Shown: piece by piece, positions 1 through 13,133 of the stretch
Position numbering within the stretch: the first letter of the stretch is position 1
How the letters are laid out: the number at the start of each line of letters is the position of its first letter
From: Eledone cirrhosa
Taxonomy: Eukaryota
Direction of reading: 5' to 3'
DNA length: 64,000 nucleotides
Assembly: GCA_964016885.1 (NCBI GenBank)
Contig: OZ024744.1
Coordinates: 97,464,001-97,528,000 of the forward strand
Notes under the pieces: generated by a model
Told to the model about the DNA's origin: nothing
The model's database searches: none
Seen by the model: the letters and a program-made list of their open reading frames with translations, nothing else
Translations under genes and position numbers: made by a program

Positions 1-107
1 CCACCATTACCAGCGTAAAGCAAACAATTATTATTATATAAAAAACTGAACTGGACTGGGAAAAGTCAACAGTTGACATGATTTTGATTTTGTATCAGTA
101 CTGTCGG

Positions 108-180
<73 letters not shown>

Positions 181-189
<9 letters not shown>

Positions 190-1136
190 ATAATCAAAGC
201 TATGTTCAAAGCATTTATTCACTTACAATTGTTTCATCCAAACCTAGGCTTGGAACATTCGGAGCATTTTTCAATGAATGTACACATAATTGACCTCCTT
301 TCCAACGCAAGAGACATAGAGATACATATATATATATATTGATGTACAGTAGAGTGACATATATTATATTATATTATTTCTGTATAGCAATTCAAATTCA
401 AAATCAAAATTAAAACAACCGCTGTAAATTCTCACACCAGAATCAACCTATTCTATAAATTTGGATTAAATAACACTGAGCCGCAATAAGCTAAAATAAT
501 TGAATTTAATGCATCAAACATCCAATACGGAATCATTGTTACTTATGTGATGGATGTAAAAATTATTTATTACTTTTCCTGAATGTGAAAATGGTGGTGG
601 ATACGAAAACCATAACTTTCTTTTGCTTCTCCTATTTATTTTTATTTTTCTGCACACATACTTTTTTATTATATACAAAAAATACATTACCACTACAACC
701 ACCATCATAGTCTTACTTACCCGCTTAAAGTGCTTGTATTACATGTAACACCCTGCCACACAATAATCATATATAAATGAGACACACTTGCATGGCCCAC
801 GTGTAACTAACGCATACACTAACTACTACATCTGACTAACAAACTATCCTCTTGCATTATCTGTGTTAACTGCCGAATGTATTTTAATTTTGTTTTAATT
901 TTAATTTTGATTTTAATTTTGAATTTGAATTGCTATACAGAAATAATATAGTATAATATATGTCACTCCACTGTATATCAATATATATATGTGTATCTGT
1001 ATGTCTCTTGCTTTGGAAAGGAGGTCAATTATGTGTACAAACATTGAAAAATGCTCCGAAGGTTCCAAGCCTAGGTTTGGATAAAACAATTGTAAGTGAA
1101 TAAATGCTTTGAACATAGCTTTAATTCTTGTGAATT
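181..1136. repeat. Long imperfect inverted repeat (arms ~181-418 / ~890-1136); possible foldback element or MITE
   Basis: aattcacaataatcaaagctatgttcaaagcatttattcacttac... vs ...gtaagtgaataaatgctttgaacatagctttaattcttgtgaatt. Confidence 0.88.
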
Positions 1137-1294
1137 ATATATAACTGCTCTGTAGAACAAATGATGTTATTACATTCAGCTATTTACCTTACTGGTAATA
1201 AGGTAGTAATAAATTACTGACCTTCACTGTTTAGGGTTTAAAATATACATAACTATAAAAAGTTTTAGTATATACATAACCATAAATATTATCC

Positions 1295-1369
<75 letters not shown>

Positions 1370-1509
1370 TGGTGTCTGTGTTTGTATGCATGAATGAGTG
1401 TTGGTGTGTGAGTGGCGTGTGTGTTTGTAGTTTGTATGCATAAGTGTTGGTGTGTGAGTGTGTGTGCGAGTCGTGTCAATAAGTGTGTTTTTTTTGTTTT
1501 TGTTTTTTT

Positions 1510-4500
1510 ATGGCCATGCTGTAAAATGTAGAGAGGGCCCTTGAGTCTAGTAAGACATCCTCTCTAGTGCTGGTGGCACAAATAAAAGCACCCAGTCCAT
1601 GCTGTAAAGTGGCGCTGGTGTTAGGAAGGCCATCCAACCAGTGTATCAATGCCAAAACGCTTAGCAGCACAGCAACAAATATGAAGACGTCGCATCTCAG
1701 AGTTGCAACACTTAATGTTGGCACTCTCAGAGGTAGATCTGCTGAAATAGCGGAGATGCTGGAGAGAAGGCAGGTGGATGTGTGCTGCCTGCAAGAGGTG
1801 AGATGGAGAGGTGCCTCTGCGAGACTAGTCGTAGGCAAGCGTCTTAGCTATGAGCTTTTCTGGGTAGGTAAGGATGATGGCTTAGGGGGAGTAGGCACTT
1901 TCCTGGCTGAGAGATGGATCAATAAGACAATAGAGGTAGTTTGAGTTAGTAATCGAATAATTAAGCTTAGGTTAGTTGTAGGCAGGAGACTACTGACAAT
2001 CATCTCTGCCTATGCTCCTCAAGCAGGCCTAGGCAAAGAAGAGAAAGACTGCTTTTACAAGCAACTTTTACAATGACAGAGGACGGAGACATCGTTATGC
2101 TAACAGGGGACTTCAATGGTCATGTTGGACAACTCCAGGATGGTTACACTGGGGTACATGGTGGGCACGGTTACGGCTCAAGAAATGAAGAAGGAGTGAG
2201 ACTTCTTGAATTTTGTGATGCAAGTACACTGACTATTTGCAACACTAACTTCCAGAAACCTGCCAACCACCTAATAACCTACAAATCTAGCGAACACATA
2301 AGCCAGATTGACTTCTTACTAGTTAGGCAGCGGGACAGGCAGATAGTGTCTAATACCAAGGCATACCCTGGGGAAGAATGTACACCACAGCATAGGTTAG
2401 TCGTTAGTGATATCTCAGTAAGCAAGAGATGGAATGAGACATACAGGAAGGTGTGGAGAAGAAAGGTCTGGAAGCTAAAAGACTTTTCACTAAAATACAA
2501 ATTTAGGAAAGCCCTTCAAGATGTGTATGACGAAAATGAAGACGATTTAGAGATGTATGACATAGATAATAACTGGAATTTCTTATGTGACAACTTGCTG
2601 CAGGCTACTGATGAAACTTGTGGCTGGAGCAGAGCTCCAACCAGACAGAGAGTGACCTGGTGGTGGAACAGCACAGTAGATAAAGCCATCAGAGACAAAA
2701 GACTAGCATGGAAGGCTTGGAAAAAGGGTGGGAGTAGGGAAGAATATACAGCCGCTAAGAGAGAAGCTAGGCATTATGTGTACTTAGCATGCAGGGAGGC
2801 TGAGAGTAGGAGGTTTGCCAATGTTCTGCGATGGGAAGATCAGAGGCGTGTGGTGTTCCACATTGCAAGGCAGTGTGTCAATGCAAATCAGGATGTTGTT
2901 GGAGATAAATGTGTCCGGGATGATGCCGGTGTACTTAGTGTCATGAATGATCAGAAAAAGGAGGCCTAGAAATGTCATTATGAGAGACTGATGAATGTGG
3001 AGAATGAATGGAAGAGAGAGAAATTACCCATTGTAGATCCGACAGGGGTCCAGCTATTGAGATTGACGAATATAGGGTCCAAGAGGCGATTAAGGAAATG
3101 AAAAATGGTAAGGCTGCTGGACCATCGGGAATAGTTGCTGAGATGCTGAAGGCATCAGGGGACGAAGGCACTAAACTGATTGCACGCATCATCAATCAGG
3201 CTATATATGGTGGTGTCATACCCAAAGACTGGTGCAGCAGTATTCTCAGAAATTGCTACAAAGGTAAAGGGGATGCTCTGGAGAGGAGCAATTATAGGGG
3301 TATAAAACTGATGGATCAGGTTATGAAAGTGGCAGAAAGGATATTAGCACAACTAATTAGAGAAAGGGTCAAACTAGATGAGATGCAGTTTGGTTGTGTG
3401 CCTGGGAAGAGTACAACAGATGCCCTCTTCTTGGTGAGACAATTGTAAGAGAGGTTCTTAGAGAAAAATAAGCCACTATACTTAGCCTTTGTTGACCTAG
3501 AGAAGGCCTTTGATAGGGTACCCCAATCTGTCATCTGGTGGTCCCTAAGGAAACTAGGTGTTGAGGAATGGCTTGTGAGGACAGTGCAAACTTTGTACAG
3601 AGGTACTCTCAGTAAAGTCAGGGTAGGAATGGAGTTTAGTGAGGAATTCCAGATACAAGTAGGAGTACATCAAGGTTCGGTCCTCAGCCCGCTCTTGTTC
3701 ATTATAGTCCTCCAAGCCATAACAGAGGAGTTTAAGACTAGCTGTCCATGGGAATTTCTCTATGTTGACGAGCTGGTTCTTATAGCAGAATCAGTAGAGG
3801 AGCTAGAGAATAAATTCTGGCTATGGAAACAGCAGTTGGAAGTAAGAGGACTGAGAGTGAACCTAGCTAAGACAAAAGTGTTGATGAGTAGAAAAGAGGA
3901 CAAAACTCTGATTCCGTCAGGGAAATGGCCATGTTCGATATGCAGAAAAGGAACTGGCATAAATTCTATAAAATGCACACAATGTAGGTCCTGGGTACAC
4001 AAGAGATGTAGCGGGATAGCAGGCAAACTAACAGGTAGGGAGAAATATGTATGCAGTAGATGTACAGGGAAATTAGACAGTAGAAGTCGCATTGATAGAC
4101 ACATTTTTCAAATGCAGGCGAGTGCTATAGAAGTGGTGGATAGCTTCCGGTATCTAGGAGATCAGATTAGCATGGGAGGAGGGTGTTCCGAGGCCATAGT
4201 ATCTAGAATAAGGACGGGTTGGAAGAAGTTTAGGGAGCTGCTTCCTCTGCTGACGAAGAAGGGTTTCTCCTTGCGTACGAAAGGCCGGTTGTATGATGCC
4301 TGTGTGAGGAGCGTGATGCTGCATGGTAGTGAGACATGGGCAGCAATTGCAGAGGATATGCGACGGCTGGAGAGAAATGAGGCAAGCATGCTCCGTTGGA
4401 TGTGCAGTGTAAATGTGCGTGAACGACCCAGCATGAATGTGTTGAGAGAGAAACTGTGTCTGAGAGGGATAGAATGTAGTGTACGGGAGAGGAGACTGCG

Positions 4501-4766
4501 GTGGTATGGACATGTGGTGCGCATGGAGGATGACCGATAGGTGAAGAAGTGCCAGGAAATGCCAGTTGAAGGAAGACGTGGTAGAGGTAGACCATGAGAA
4601 ACATGAGCGGAGGTGGTGAGAACAGACCTCAGATCGCTGAAGCTCACGGTGGAGATGACGAAGGACCGTGACGAGTGGAGAGATGCTGTGCTGAATAAGA
4701 CCCATCCCCACCCTTGCAAGCAGGGAAGAGCGGACGTAAAATGATGATGATGATGATGATGATGAT
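1510..4766 (+). mobile_element. Near-full-length, inactivated RTE-clade LINE (APE endonuclease + RT with internal PHD finger)
   Basis: LNVGTL..LQEVRW, GDFNGHVG, QIDFLL, QHRLVV; [44 protein letters not shown]; several stops and frameshifts; YADD mutated to YVDE; (GAT)n tail. Confidence 0.93.
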
Positions 4767-7700
4767 ATGGTGGTACCCCAGAATGGCCTCAGCTTTTCCG
4801 TTGGAACATGTATTAGGATAATATCCAGTCTGATGATTGGCTCCTTTCCTTTTTGATGCTCTTACAAGATACTCCTCTATAACATCATCTCCTGTAATCA
4901 CAGATTTACATAAACTTTGTGTGATCTTGGAGTAACTGATGATGACACTAAGTCAGGCCTGAACTTATTATTTTCTTACGAAGATGTTAAGAAAAGAAAA
5001 CTTGTAACAAAAACATCACATTCTCTGAATCCACTGACGATTCAGACAACGACACAAATAAAATCTTATTTATCTACTAGCTACATATATGGCATAACAA
5101 ACCTAGCCACCAAAAATTAAATATATTCAAAACTATTGCTGTCATTAATGACAAGGCGGTAGATTGGCAGTATCGGTAGAGGGTCAGAAGCCATGCTTTG
5201 CTGCATAGAGATACGGTCCTTTATAATCTGAGTTCAAATCCCGCCAAAGCTAACTTTGCCTTTCATCCTTATATGGTCGATAAAATAAAGTACCAGTCAC
5301 GCACTGGGGTCGATTTAATCGACTAACCCTCCCCCCAAAATTGCTGGCCTTGTGTCTATATATGAAAGCCTTATTATTGAGGGCGGTGGATTGGCAGTAT
5401 CGGTAGAAAGTCGGACACCATGCTTTGCAGCATAGAGTTACGGCCCTTTACGGTCTGGGTTCAAATCCCGCCGAGGTTAACTTTGCTTTTCACCCTTACA
5501 GGGTCGATTTAATCAACTTTCCCCTCCCCTAAGATTGCTGGTCTTGTGCCTATATAAGAAACCATTATTGACAGACATGGTTCATTAATATGTGCAATAC
5601 TGAATTGATTTCCTGTTTTGTTTTCCTATGCAATTAAGTTTTAATTTTAAGTTTTCTTGTTACTTTACATTAGGGAATCAATGACACCATCGAAGTTGAA
5701 GGCCCTATAACCTGGAGATTGTTAAATGTTCTAATATTTCAGTTGTAAAAATACCACGATATATTTTCAAGATATATGCTCATGACATTCCTTTCTTTAA
5801 CACTTTAGCATTTAAACCAGCCATATCCGGCCAGAATTCTCTCACCTCTTTCTGTTCAAACCAGCTATAACAAGCCACTTATACTTATGTTAAGGTATTT
5901 TTCTCAAAATATATAATATAGAAATCTCATAGATTCGATATTATGTGAAATAATTATGTAAGATATAGCCTTTACTGTGAAAATATAATAGTAAATTTAG
6001 AGTAATGTAAATGGTAAATAGTTAAAACTTAACTATTTCAATCTTCTTGACATGTGTGCTTCACAAGTATTCCATGATTGATGAGATAGATGAAGTTAAT
6101 CTTTTTGTGACCATATTTCTCATGAAATATACTCTATTACGATTAATTAATTAATGAAGAATTCGGAAGAATTTACTAAAACTATTAATTAATTATTTCA
6201 TTACTAAGACAGTAACAACATATGGTTCTTATATATAATTATATTAGAAGATTTTAATTTAACCATTTGACGACTGTATTTCTAATGACATACACTTAAT
6301 TTCAATTAATTAAAGAAGAAATTTAAGGAATTTACTAAAATAATTAATTATTTCATTACTAAAACAATAACTGAGCATAGGGTTCTTATATAAAATTATG
6401 TTGGAAAATTATAATTTATATAGGGATCCTTTAAAATGGATGGTTTCATTTCATAGAAACGGGGGCTGGTTTTGGCTGGATTGGTCCCTAAAGTGTTAAT
6501 GTTCCTACTGAATAACCGCAAGTCAATGACTGCAGAAAAAACATGGACAGAGAAGAAATTCTTAAAATACAATATTCTGGTGAAGGAAGGACTGGTTAAA
6601 GTGGCTAGTACGGAGCCTGCTGTGGTCAGACAATATTAGTAATGAGATGTGGGGAGACAAGTAAGTTGGAAGCATCTGACTGGAGGTGGCACAAGACCAG
6701 CCAACCAGTTCTGAGGAGCAGTAGCCATATAAAGTGGACGTGTAAAAGACATGGCGAGGTTTGTCACTGCGGATAACAGGAAGTAAATAAATGAAAGTGT
6801 ATTAATATATAAATAAAAATAAACAAATGAATAGATGAATTCACTACAACTGCGTTTGGCTAGAATGAGTTATAATATTAGTTATGCTCAAACACTCTAA
6901 ATATAGTATTTTAAAAAATGCAGTAATTTTTTTTAAAAAGAGGGTAGGAAAGGAATATATATTTTGTTTTAAGAAGCGAATTAATATATAATAATATATA
7001 TTTTCATGTATGTATAATCCATTCAACAAAAAGAATGAAGAGTGAAAGAAAATGTAAACTTCATATAATGTTCAGCAGCTAACAATTACTTGTGTACATA
7101 TGTGTACGTATATATGGTTCGTTTTTGCATATGTGCACAGTTGTGTTATATGGTCTTGACTGGATTTGAACTCAGACCACAAAAGGGTGTAACTCTATGC
7201 TGCAAAACATGGCGTCCGACCTTCTACCGATACTGCTAATCCCACACATGCTCAACTATGTCCTACATAGTTCAAGCTCTCATTCTAACACAGAAACATA
7301 TTTCTCTATCTGCTTTATTCAAACTACCTAGCTATAACTCACATATCAATTACATTCTATCATTGACTTATGAATGGAGATCCATCAGCACAAACAACAG
7401 CTACAATAATTCAGATAAATTATTGAATTTGTTAATGCATGTTTCCATGCTAGTATGGAATAAAAAAAAAATGAATGTAAAATTATAAGATGGAAAAAAC
7501 TTTTAAAGAAAAATCATACCAAAAAAATATCTTTTAAATAAAAATGGCAAAAATAGAGTAAAAATCAATTAATTTATTCCTTAAAACCTATATTATCAAC
7601 TATTTTTAGAGAAATGAGTTACTATGAAATACTAAAACATAATTCATTACTTAATAACTGAAATAATTTGTAGGAAAATTTCATTCTTATAAGTAGGATT

Positions 7701-7902
7701 AAATGTTGATACTTATTTTAAATCAAACTAAAAGTAAATTTTACATTGTAAGGATATTGAAGAAACACCTGCTTAAGATAGAATCAATTTAGAAATGGAA
7801 TACCAGATTGATTAAGATATAACAAGTCATAAATTAATGTCTTGTATGACTAAGAATCAAGAAAATAGCAATAAAAATAACTCTATATAATCATTGTAAC
7901 TA

Positions 7903-8304
7903 TGAGGGCAATCCCAAAAGTAAGGTCTCCTTCCGATATTGCAACTTTCCCGTTAAAATCCTGTGGATGGTGCTTCGGGAAACCTCAGGAACCAAAATGC
8001 AGAGACCATCCAGAGTTATCCGCCGATCTTTACGCATGTTTTCCTCGGAAGGAGACCTTATTTTTGGGGAATTTGCCCTCGTATATAATAACTGCTCGAA
8101 ATTCGCACTTGGCGGTAGCTTTCAACGGGAGCTCAATTCTCAACGGCTGCCAAGCCAAGATTGAGAGCATCCCAGCGAAGCGCGCGCATGCTTGTTTGGG
8201 GAGTGAAGGAAGCACCAATCACAACAGTGTCGCCAACAGCCCTACGAACAGTTTCTCTGCATCCCCCATCGCTTTGGAGACCTTACTTTTGGGGATTACC
8301 CTCG
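7903..8304. mobile_element. Tc1/mariner-like MITE with one left TIR and two right TIRs
   Basis: TA|tgagggcaatcccaaaagtaaggtctcc; reverse complements at ~8051-8081 and ~8276-8304, each followed by TA. Confidence 0.75.
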
Positions 8305-8329
8305 TATTTCCCTTCATTATCCCTTATCA

Positions 8330-8615
8330 TCTCCATCATCTATACTTTCATCACCACCATCATAATCATCATCATCATCATCATCATCATCACCATCCCC
8401 ACCATCACCACCAACATCATCATCACCACCATCATTATCATCATCCACATCATCATCATCATCATCACCATCCCCACCATCACCACCAACATCATCATCA
8501 CCACCATCATTATCATCATCCACATCATCATCATCATCACCATCCCCACCATCACCACCACCATCATCATCATCCACATCATCATCATCATCACCATCCC
8601 CACCATCACCACCAC

Positions 8616-8647
<32 letters not shown>

Positions 8648-8798
8648 CCATCCCCACCATCACCACCAACATCATCATCACCACCATCATTATCATCATC
8701 CACATCATCATCATCATCATCACCATCCCCACCATCACCACCATCATCATCATCATCATCACCATCCCCACCATCACCACCAACATCACCATCCCCAC

Positions 8799-8846
<48 letters not shown>

Positions 8847-8847
8847 T
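8330..8847. repeat. Compound (CAT/CAC)n microsatellite with higher-order blocks
   Basis: Recurring catccccaccatcaccaccaacatcat blocks. Confidence 0.95.
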
Positions 8848-9401
8848 GTATCAATTTTTTTGCATCCTCATTCTTGTCTGTTACTACTGACAACATTGTT
8901 TTCCCTATCATCATCATCATCATCAACATGCTCCTCATCATTATTGACTCATTAAGGGCTGTGGATTGGCAGTATCGGTAGAGCGTCAGTCACCATACTT
9001 TCCAGCATAGAGTTACGTCCCTTTACAATCTGAGTTCAAATCCCGCCGAGGTTAACTTTGCCTTTCATCCTTACGGGGAGGGGCGCGGGGGTCAATAAAA
9101 TATAGTACCAGTAATGTACTGGGGTAATTGCTGGCCTTGTGCCTAACAGAAACAATTATTAATAACTGCATTAGGGCAGTGGATTGGCAGTATCGGTAGA
9201 GCGTCAGTCACCATGCTGTGCAGCAGTAGAGTTATGTCCGTTTATGGTCTGAGTTCAAATCCCGCCGTGGTTAACTTTGCCTTTCATCCTTACGGGGGGG
9301 GGGGGGGTCAATAAAATATAGTACCAGTAATGTACTGGGGTAATTTCTGGCCTTGTGCCAAAAAGTAGAAACAATTATTGACTCATTAATATTCACTGAT
9401 T

Positions 9402-9720
9402 CACATGGCTTAGTGGTTAGAGCATTGGCCTTGCAATCGAAAGGTTGTGAGTTCAATTCTCAGATCGGGTGATGTGTTGTTTCCTTGAGCAAGACACTTT
9501 ATTTCACATTGCTCCAGTTTACTCAGCTGTAGAAATGAGATGATAGGGACTGGGGTCCCTATCATTCCACTGCAAAGTGTTTGTGGAGGTGCCACGGCAA
9601 ATAAGCACCCAGCACTCACTGTAAATGAGGTTGGTGTTAGGAAGGGCATCCAGGTGTAGAAATCAAGCCAGAATCAGTTCCCGTCCCACCCTTGCAAGCA
9701 GGGAAAAGCGGACGTAAAAA
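9402..9720 (+). mobile_element. tRNA-derived SINE family B (V-domain-like core) with RTE-derived body and tail; other copies 11592-11985 (+), 22510-22762 (+), 34650-35008 (-), 54055-55520 (+), 62625-63058 (-)
   Basis: A box TGGCTTAGTGG, B box GAGTTCAATTC, core TTCCTTGAGCAAGACACTT; 3' end cccacccttgcaagcagggaa..ggacgtaaaa matches the LINE end at 4706-4745. Confidence 0.85.
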
Positions 9721-9915
9721 TAAAAATGAAATGATTCATTTATATATATATTTTATTTTTTTTCAAACACTGAAGACATATGTATAAAAGCACTTAAAAT
9801 GTTAACACCAACATGTATTAAATCTTAATTCGGGCAAAAATTTATAAAAATTATCAAAAGACATCAAAAGACATTAAAAAAAAATGGTAGCATTTTTTTT
9901 TTTACTTCCGGTACA

Positions 9916-10051
9916 ATATATATATATGTATATATATATATATATGTATATATGTATATATATATATATGTATATATATGTATATATATATATATATTTA
10001 TGTATATATGTATATATATATATGTATATATGCATACATATATATGTATAC

Positions 10052-10083
<32 letters not shown>

Positions 10084-10084
10084 G

Positions 10085-10134
<50 letters not shown>

Positions 10135-10135
10135 A

Positions 10136-10177
<42 letters not shown>

Positions 10178-10188
10178 GTATATAAGCA

Positions 10189-10231
<43 letters not shown>

Positions 10232-10260
10232 GTGTGTGTGTGTATGTGTGTATGTATATG
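9916..10260. repeat. (TA)n/(TATG) microsatellite
   Basis: Direct inspection. Confidence 0.95.
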
Positions 10261-10429
10261 TCAGTATATTGTCAGTTTTCAGATTTACTTTCTCTTACCT
10301 AGAATATCAAATATCACTAATGAAATTTTTTTTTTTTTTTGTCTTTTTTTGTGTGTTTTTTGTTAAGCTGTTATCAAATATACATATGCTGATAGGAGCT
10401 TATTCGGTTTTGCTTTCAGTAAATTTATA

Positions 10430-10736
10430 GTTTGTTTTTTTTTCTTTGTTTATTTTTGTTGGTTTTTTTTTTTTTGATTTTCCACTCATTTGTTGATAAA
10501 CAGATGTGTCCAGATCCTTTATGAATTTTGTTGAGTAGCATTTTGATTTTATTTCATCCAGTTATGAAATTCTAATTACATATCAAAATATATTAACATG
10601 AATGAAAGGATTTGCTCATCCAAAGTGAAAAAAAAAAAACGATGTCAGCATTCAATATTCTCTTTTTCTAAAACAGACATTTTACAGCAGTTGTTCTGAG
10701 AGGTTTCCTCAACCTGCTTGTAGGTATCACAGGAAT
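10430..10736 (-). other. Nid: Probable non-coding terminal (3'UTR) exon of nidogen; 3' end approximate
   Basis: Strong acceptor (tttttattttctag|attcc) at 10737-10760; minus-strand AATAAA hexamers near 10548 and 10448; pairs with the donor 16 nt after the stop. Confidence 0.5.
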
Positions 10737-12431
10737 CTAGAAAATAAAAAACAGAAAAAAATATTTTAAATATTTGTGTAAAAAAAAAACAATGATGACA
10801 TACATGGCATTGGTGGATGGCAGTTGTGGTGATAGTGGTGGTGGAGGTGTTGGTGATGATAGTGGTGGTGTAGGTGTTGGTGGGTGGTAGTGATAGTGTT
10901 CGTGGTGGTGATATTGGCCTTATCTCATATAATTATCTCACATAATATCAATACTTTAACATCAGTATAAGTGGCTAGTTACAGCTGGTTTGAACAGAAA
11001 GAGGTGAAAGAATTCTGGCCAGATATAGCCGGTTTAAATGCTAAAGGGTTAAGAAGGCTAAGACAATGTAACATGGTCAGTAAAATTTAGTTTAAATGAA
11101 AGCAATGTAAAAGTTTATTACCTGGTATCTATTATTATTTTTTCTTTTTTTTTTTCGTCCTAATATTTCAGGACATAAAAATCCTTTTCTCATGTAAGGG
11201 GAACTTTCAGGGCAGAGCAAAACGTTTGGGTCTTATCGCTTTAAAATTTGATTTAAATCTAAAATTTTTATATATATCATCATCATCATCATCAACGTTT
11301 AACGTCCGTGTTCCACGCTTGCATTGGTTTGGACATGGGTATTCCCACTTGAGGCAAGAGTGATTGTCTTGCTCGCATAGGACTGTCTGGCCGGTTTTCT
11401 ACAGTTGGATGCCCTTCCTAACACCAACCACATTTACAGTGTGGGTCTGGGAGGTTTTTACCGTGTTGCCTACACGGCCACATTACAGCGTGGACTGTGT
11501 GTTTTTTTGTCGTGACACCTACACGATCTCATTTGTTTCGGCCTGGATGGTGTGGCACCAACATAACTTTACAATATATGTATATTGTGAAGGCACATAG
11601 CTTAGTGGTTAGAGCATTGGGCTTGCAATCGAAAGGTTGTGAGTTCAATTCTCGGACTGGGTGATGTGTTGTTTCCTTGAGCAAGACACTTTATTTCACA
11701 TTGTTCCAGTTTACTCAGCTGTAGAAATGAGATGATAGGGACTGGAGTCCCTATCATTCCACTGCAAAGTGGTGGTGGAGGTGGCCATGGCAAAAAAGCA
11801 CCCAGCACTCACTGTAAATGAGGTTGGTGTTAGGAAGGGCATCCAGCTGTAGAAATCAAGCCAGAATCAGTTCCCGTATGAGCAAGAGAAGGTCAACCAA
11901 CCGGACACTGCCCACAACAGGACAACCTGTCTAACCCATGCTAGCATGGAAGAATTGACGTAAAACGGTGATGATGATGATGATGATTGTTTATGTCATA
12001 GTCATTAACAATTTTTGTTAATGTATAGTCATTCTCTAGTTTTATTGTACAAGGGTCAGCTGAGGGTACTGTGGTTAATATGGTTGACTAAAAACCCTTG
12101 ACAATAGTGCCCCATCATCACTGTAGCTTAACTCTTAACTTCCTGTGATGATTTAACAAAAAATATCAAACAATCGTTTGTTTGTTTTTATATATAATTT
12201 GTTTTTAATATATGTTTCTACTTTTGGCACAAGGCCAGCATATATCCCAGTGCATTACTGGTACTTTATTTTATCAACCTCCGTAAGGATGAAAGGCAAA
12301 GTTAACCTCAGTGGGATTTGAACTCAGACTGTAAAGGGATGTAACTCTATGCTGAAAAGCATAGCATCCGATCCTCTACCAATACTGCCAATCCACTGCC
12401 CTTTATATATAATGTAATGGAGTTATAGTGA

Positions 12432-12739
12432 TGTTTTGTACTTTTCAAGAATGTCTTGTTAATGTGGTTTCATGTGGTACAGGATGTTAAGAGTTAATGT
12501 GATACAGTCATAGTACTGTTTTGTACTTTTCAACAATGTCTTGTTAATGTGGTTTCATGTGGTACAGGATGTTAAGAGTTAATGTGATACAGTCATAGTA
12601 CTGTTTTGTACTTTTCAACAATGTCTTGTTAATGTGGGTTCATGTGGTACAGGATGTTAAGAGTTAATGTGATACAGTCATAGTACTGTTTTGTACTTTT
12701 CAACAATGTCTTGTTAATGTGGTTTCATGTGGTACAGGA
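12432..12739. repeat. 85-bp tandem repeat, ~3.6 copies
   Basis: gtacttttcaa recurs at 12438, 12523, 12608, 12693. Confidence 0.9.
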
Positions 12740-12996
12740 CGATATGTGCTAATCAGTAAATCAGAAACAGAATGAAAAAAAATATATCCTTTGGAGATTG
12801 GTTGGAATAAAAGCGAATCCTCCGTGGTATATAATCTGTTTTATTAAGATGATCTTTTTGTGAAACAAATAATAGAAATATTCTTTACGAAGAAGAATCA
12901 GTGGATGTGTGTGTGGGGTGAGGCTTATTTTGATCTAAACTTAATTGATATCCTAATTAAGAAAGCATGCAAATATTTACCTTTAAGTTTGATTAA

Positions 12997-13133
12997 CTAA
13001 ATCTGTAATAATGCTGCATTGCTGCAATCATCGCTATGGACATCATCGGGACACACACATGTTCGTCCTGATCCGAATGTTGGAAGACACAAGAAAGGGC
13101 AACCTCCATTGTCATGGGCACAACCATTAGTAT
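12997..13133 (-). CDS. Nid: Nidogen last coding exon: C-terminal EGF and stop
   Basis: ttttcag|AT ACT...; [45 protein letters not shown]; a donor-like AAG|gtaaat follows at 12981/12980. Confidence 0.9.

Noticed and set aside
4770-4950. Possible minus-strand coding fragment (GDDVIEEYLVRASKRKG...)
   Set aside because: It has no recognisable motif and no convincing splice pair, so a call cannot be supported.
7902-8981. 359-aa His-rich ORF (and poly-Ile, poly-Asp and poly-Met frames)
   Set aside because: It is a MITE followed by a CAT/CAC microsatellite. Several frames are open only because the repeat lacks stops.
9402-9475. tRNA genes
   Set aside because: The A/B boxes belong to multicopy SINE heads that run straight into SINE cores, and no complete cloverleaf is evident.
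9864-10430. IY-repeat ORFs (also 55729-56314, 36058-36298, 58739-59065)
   Set aside because: These are microsatellite and minisatellite translations.
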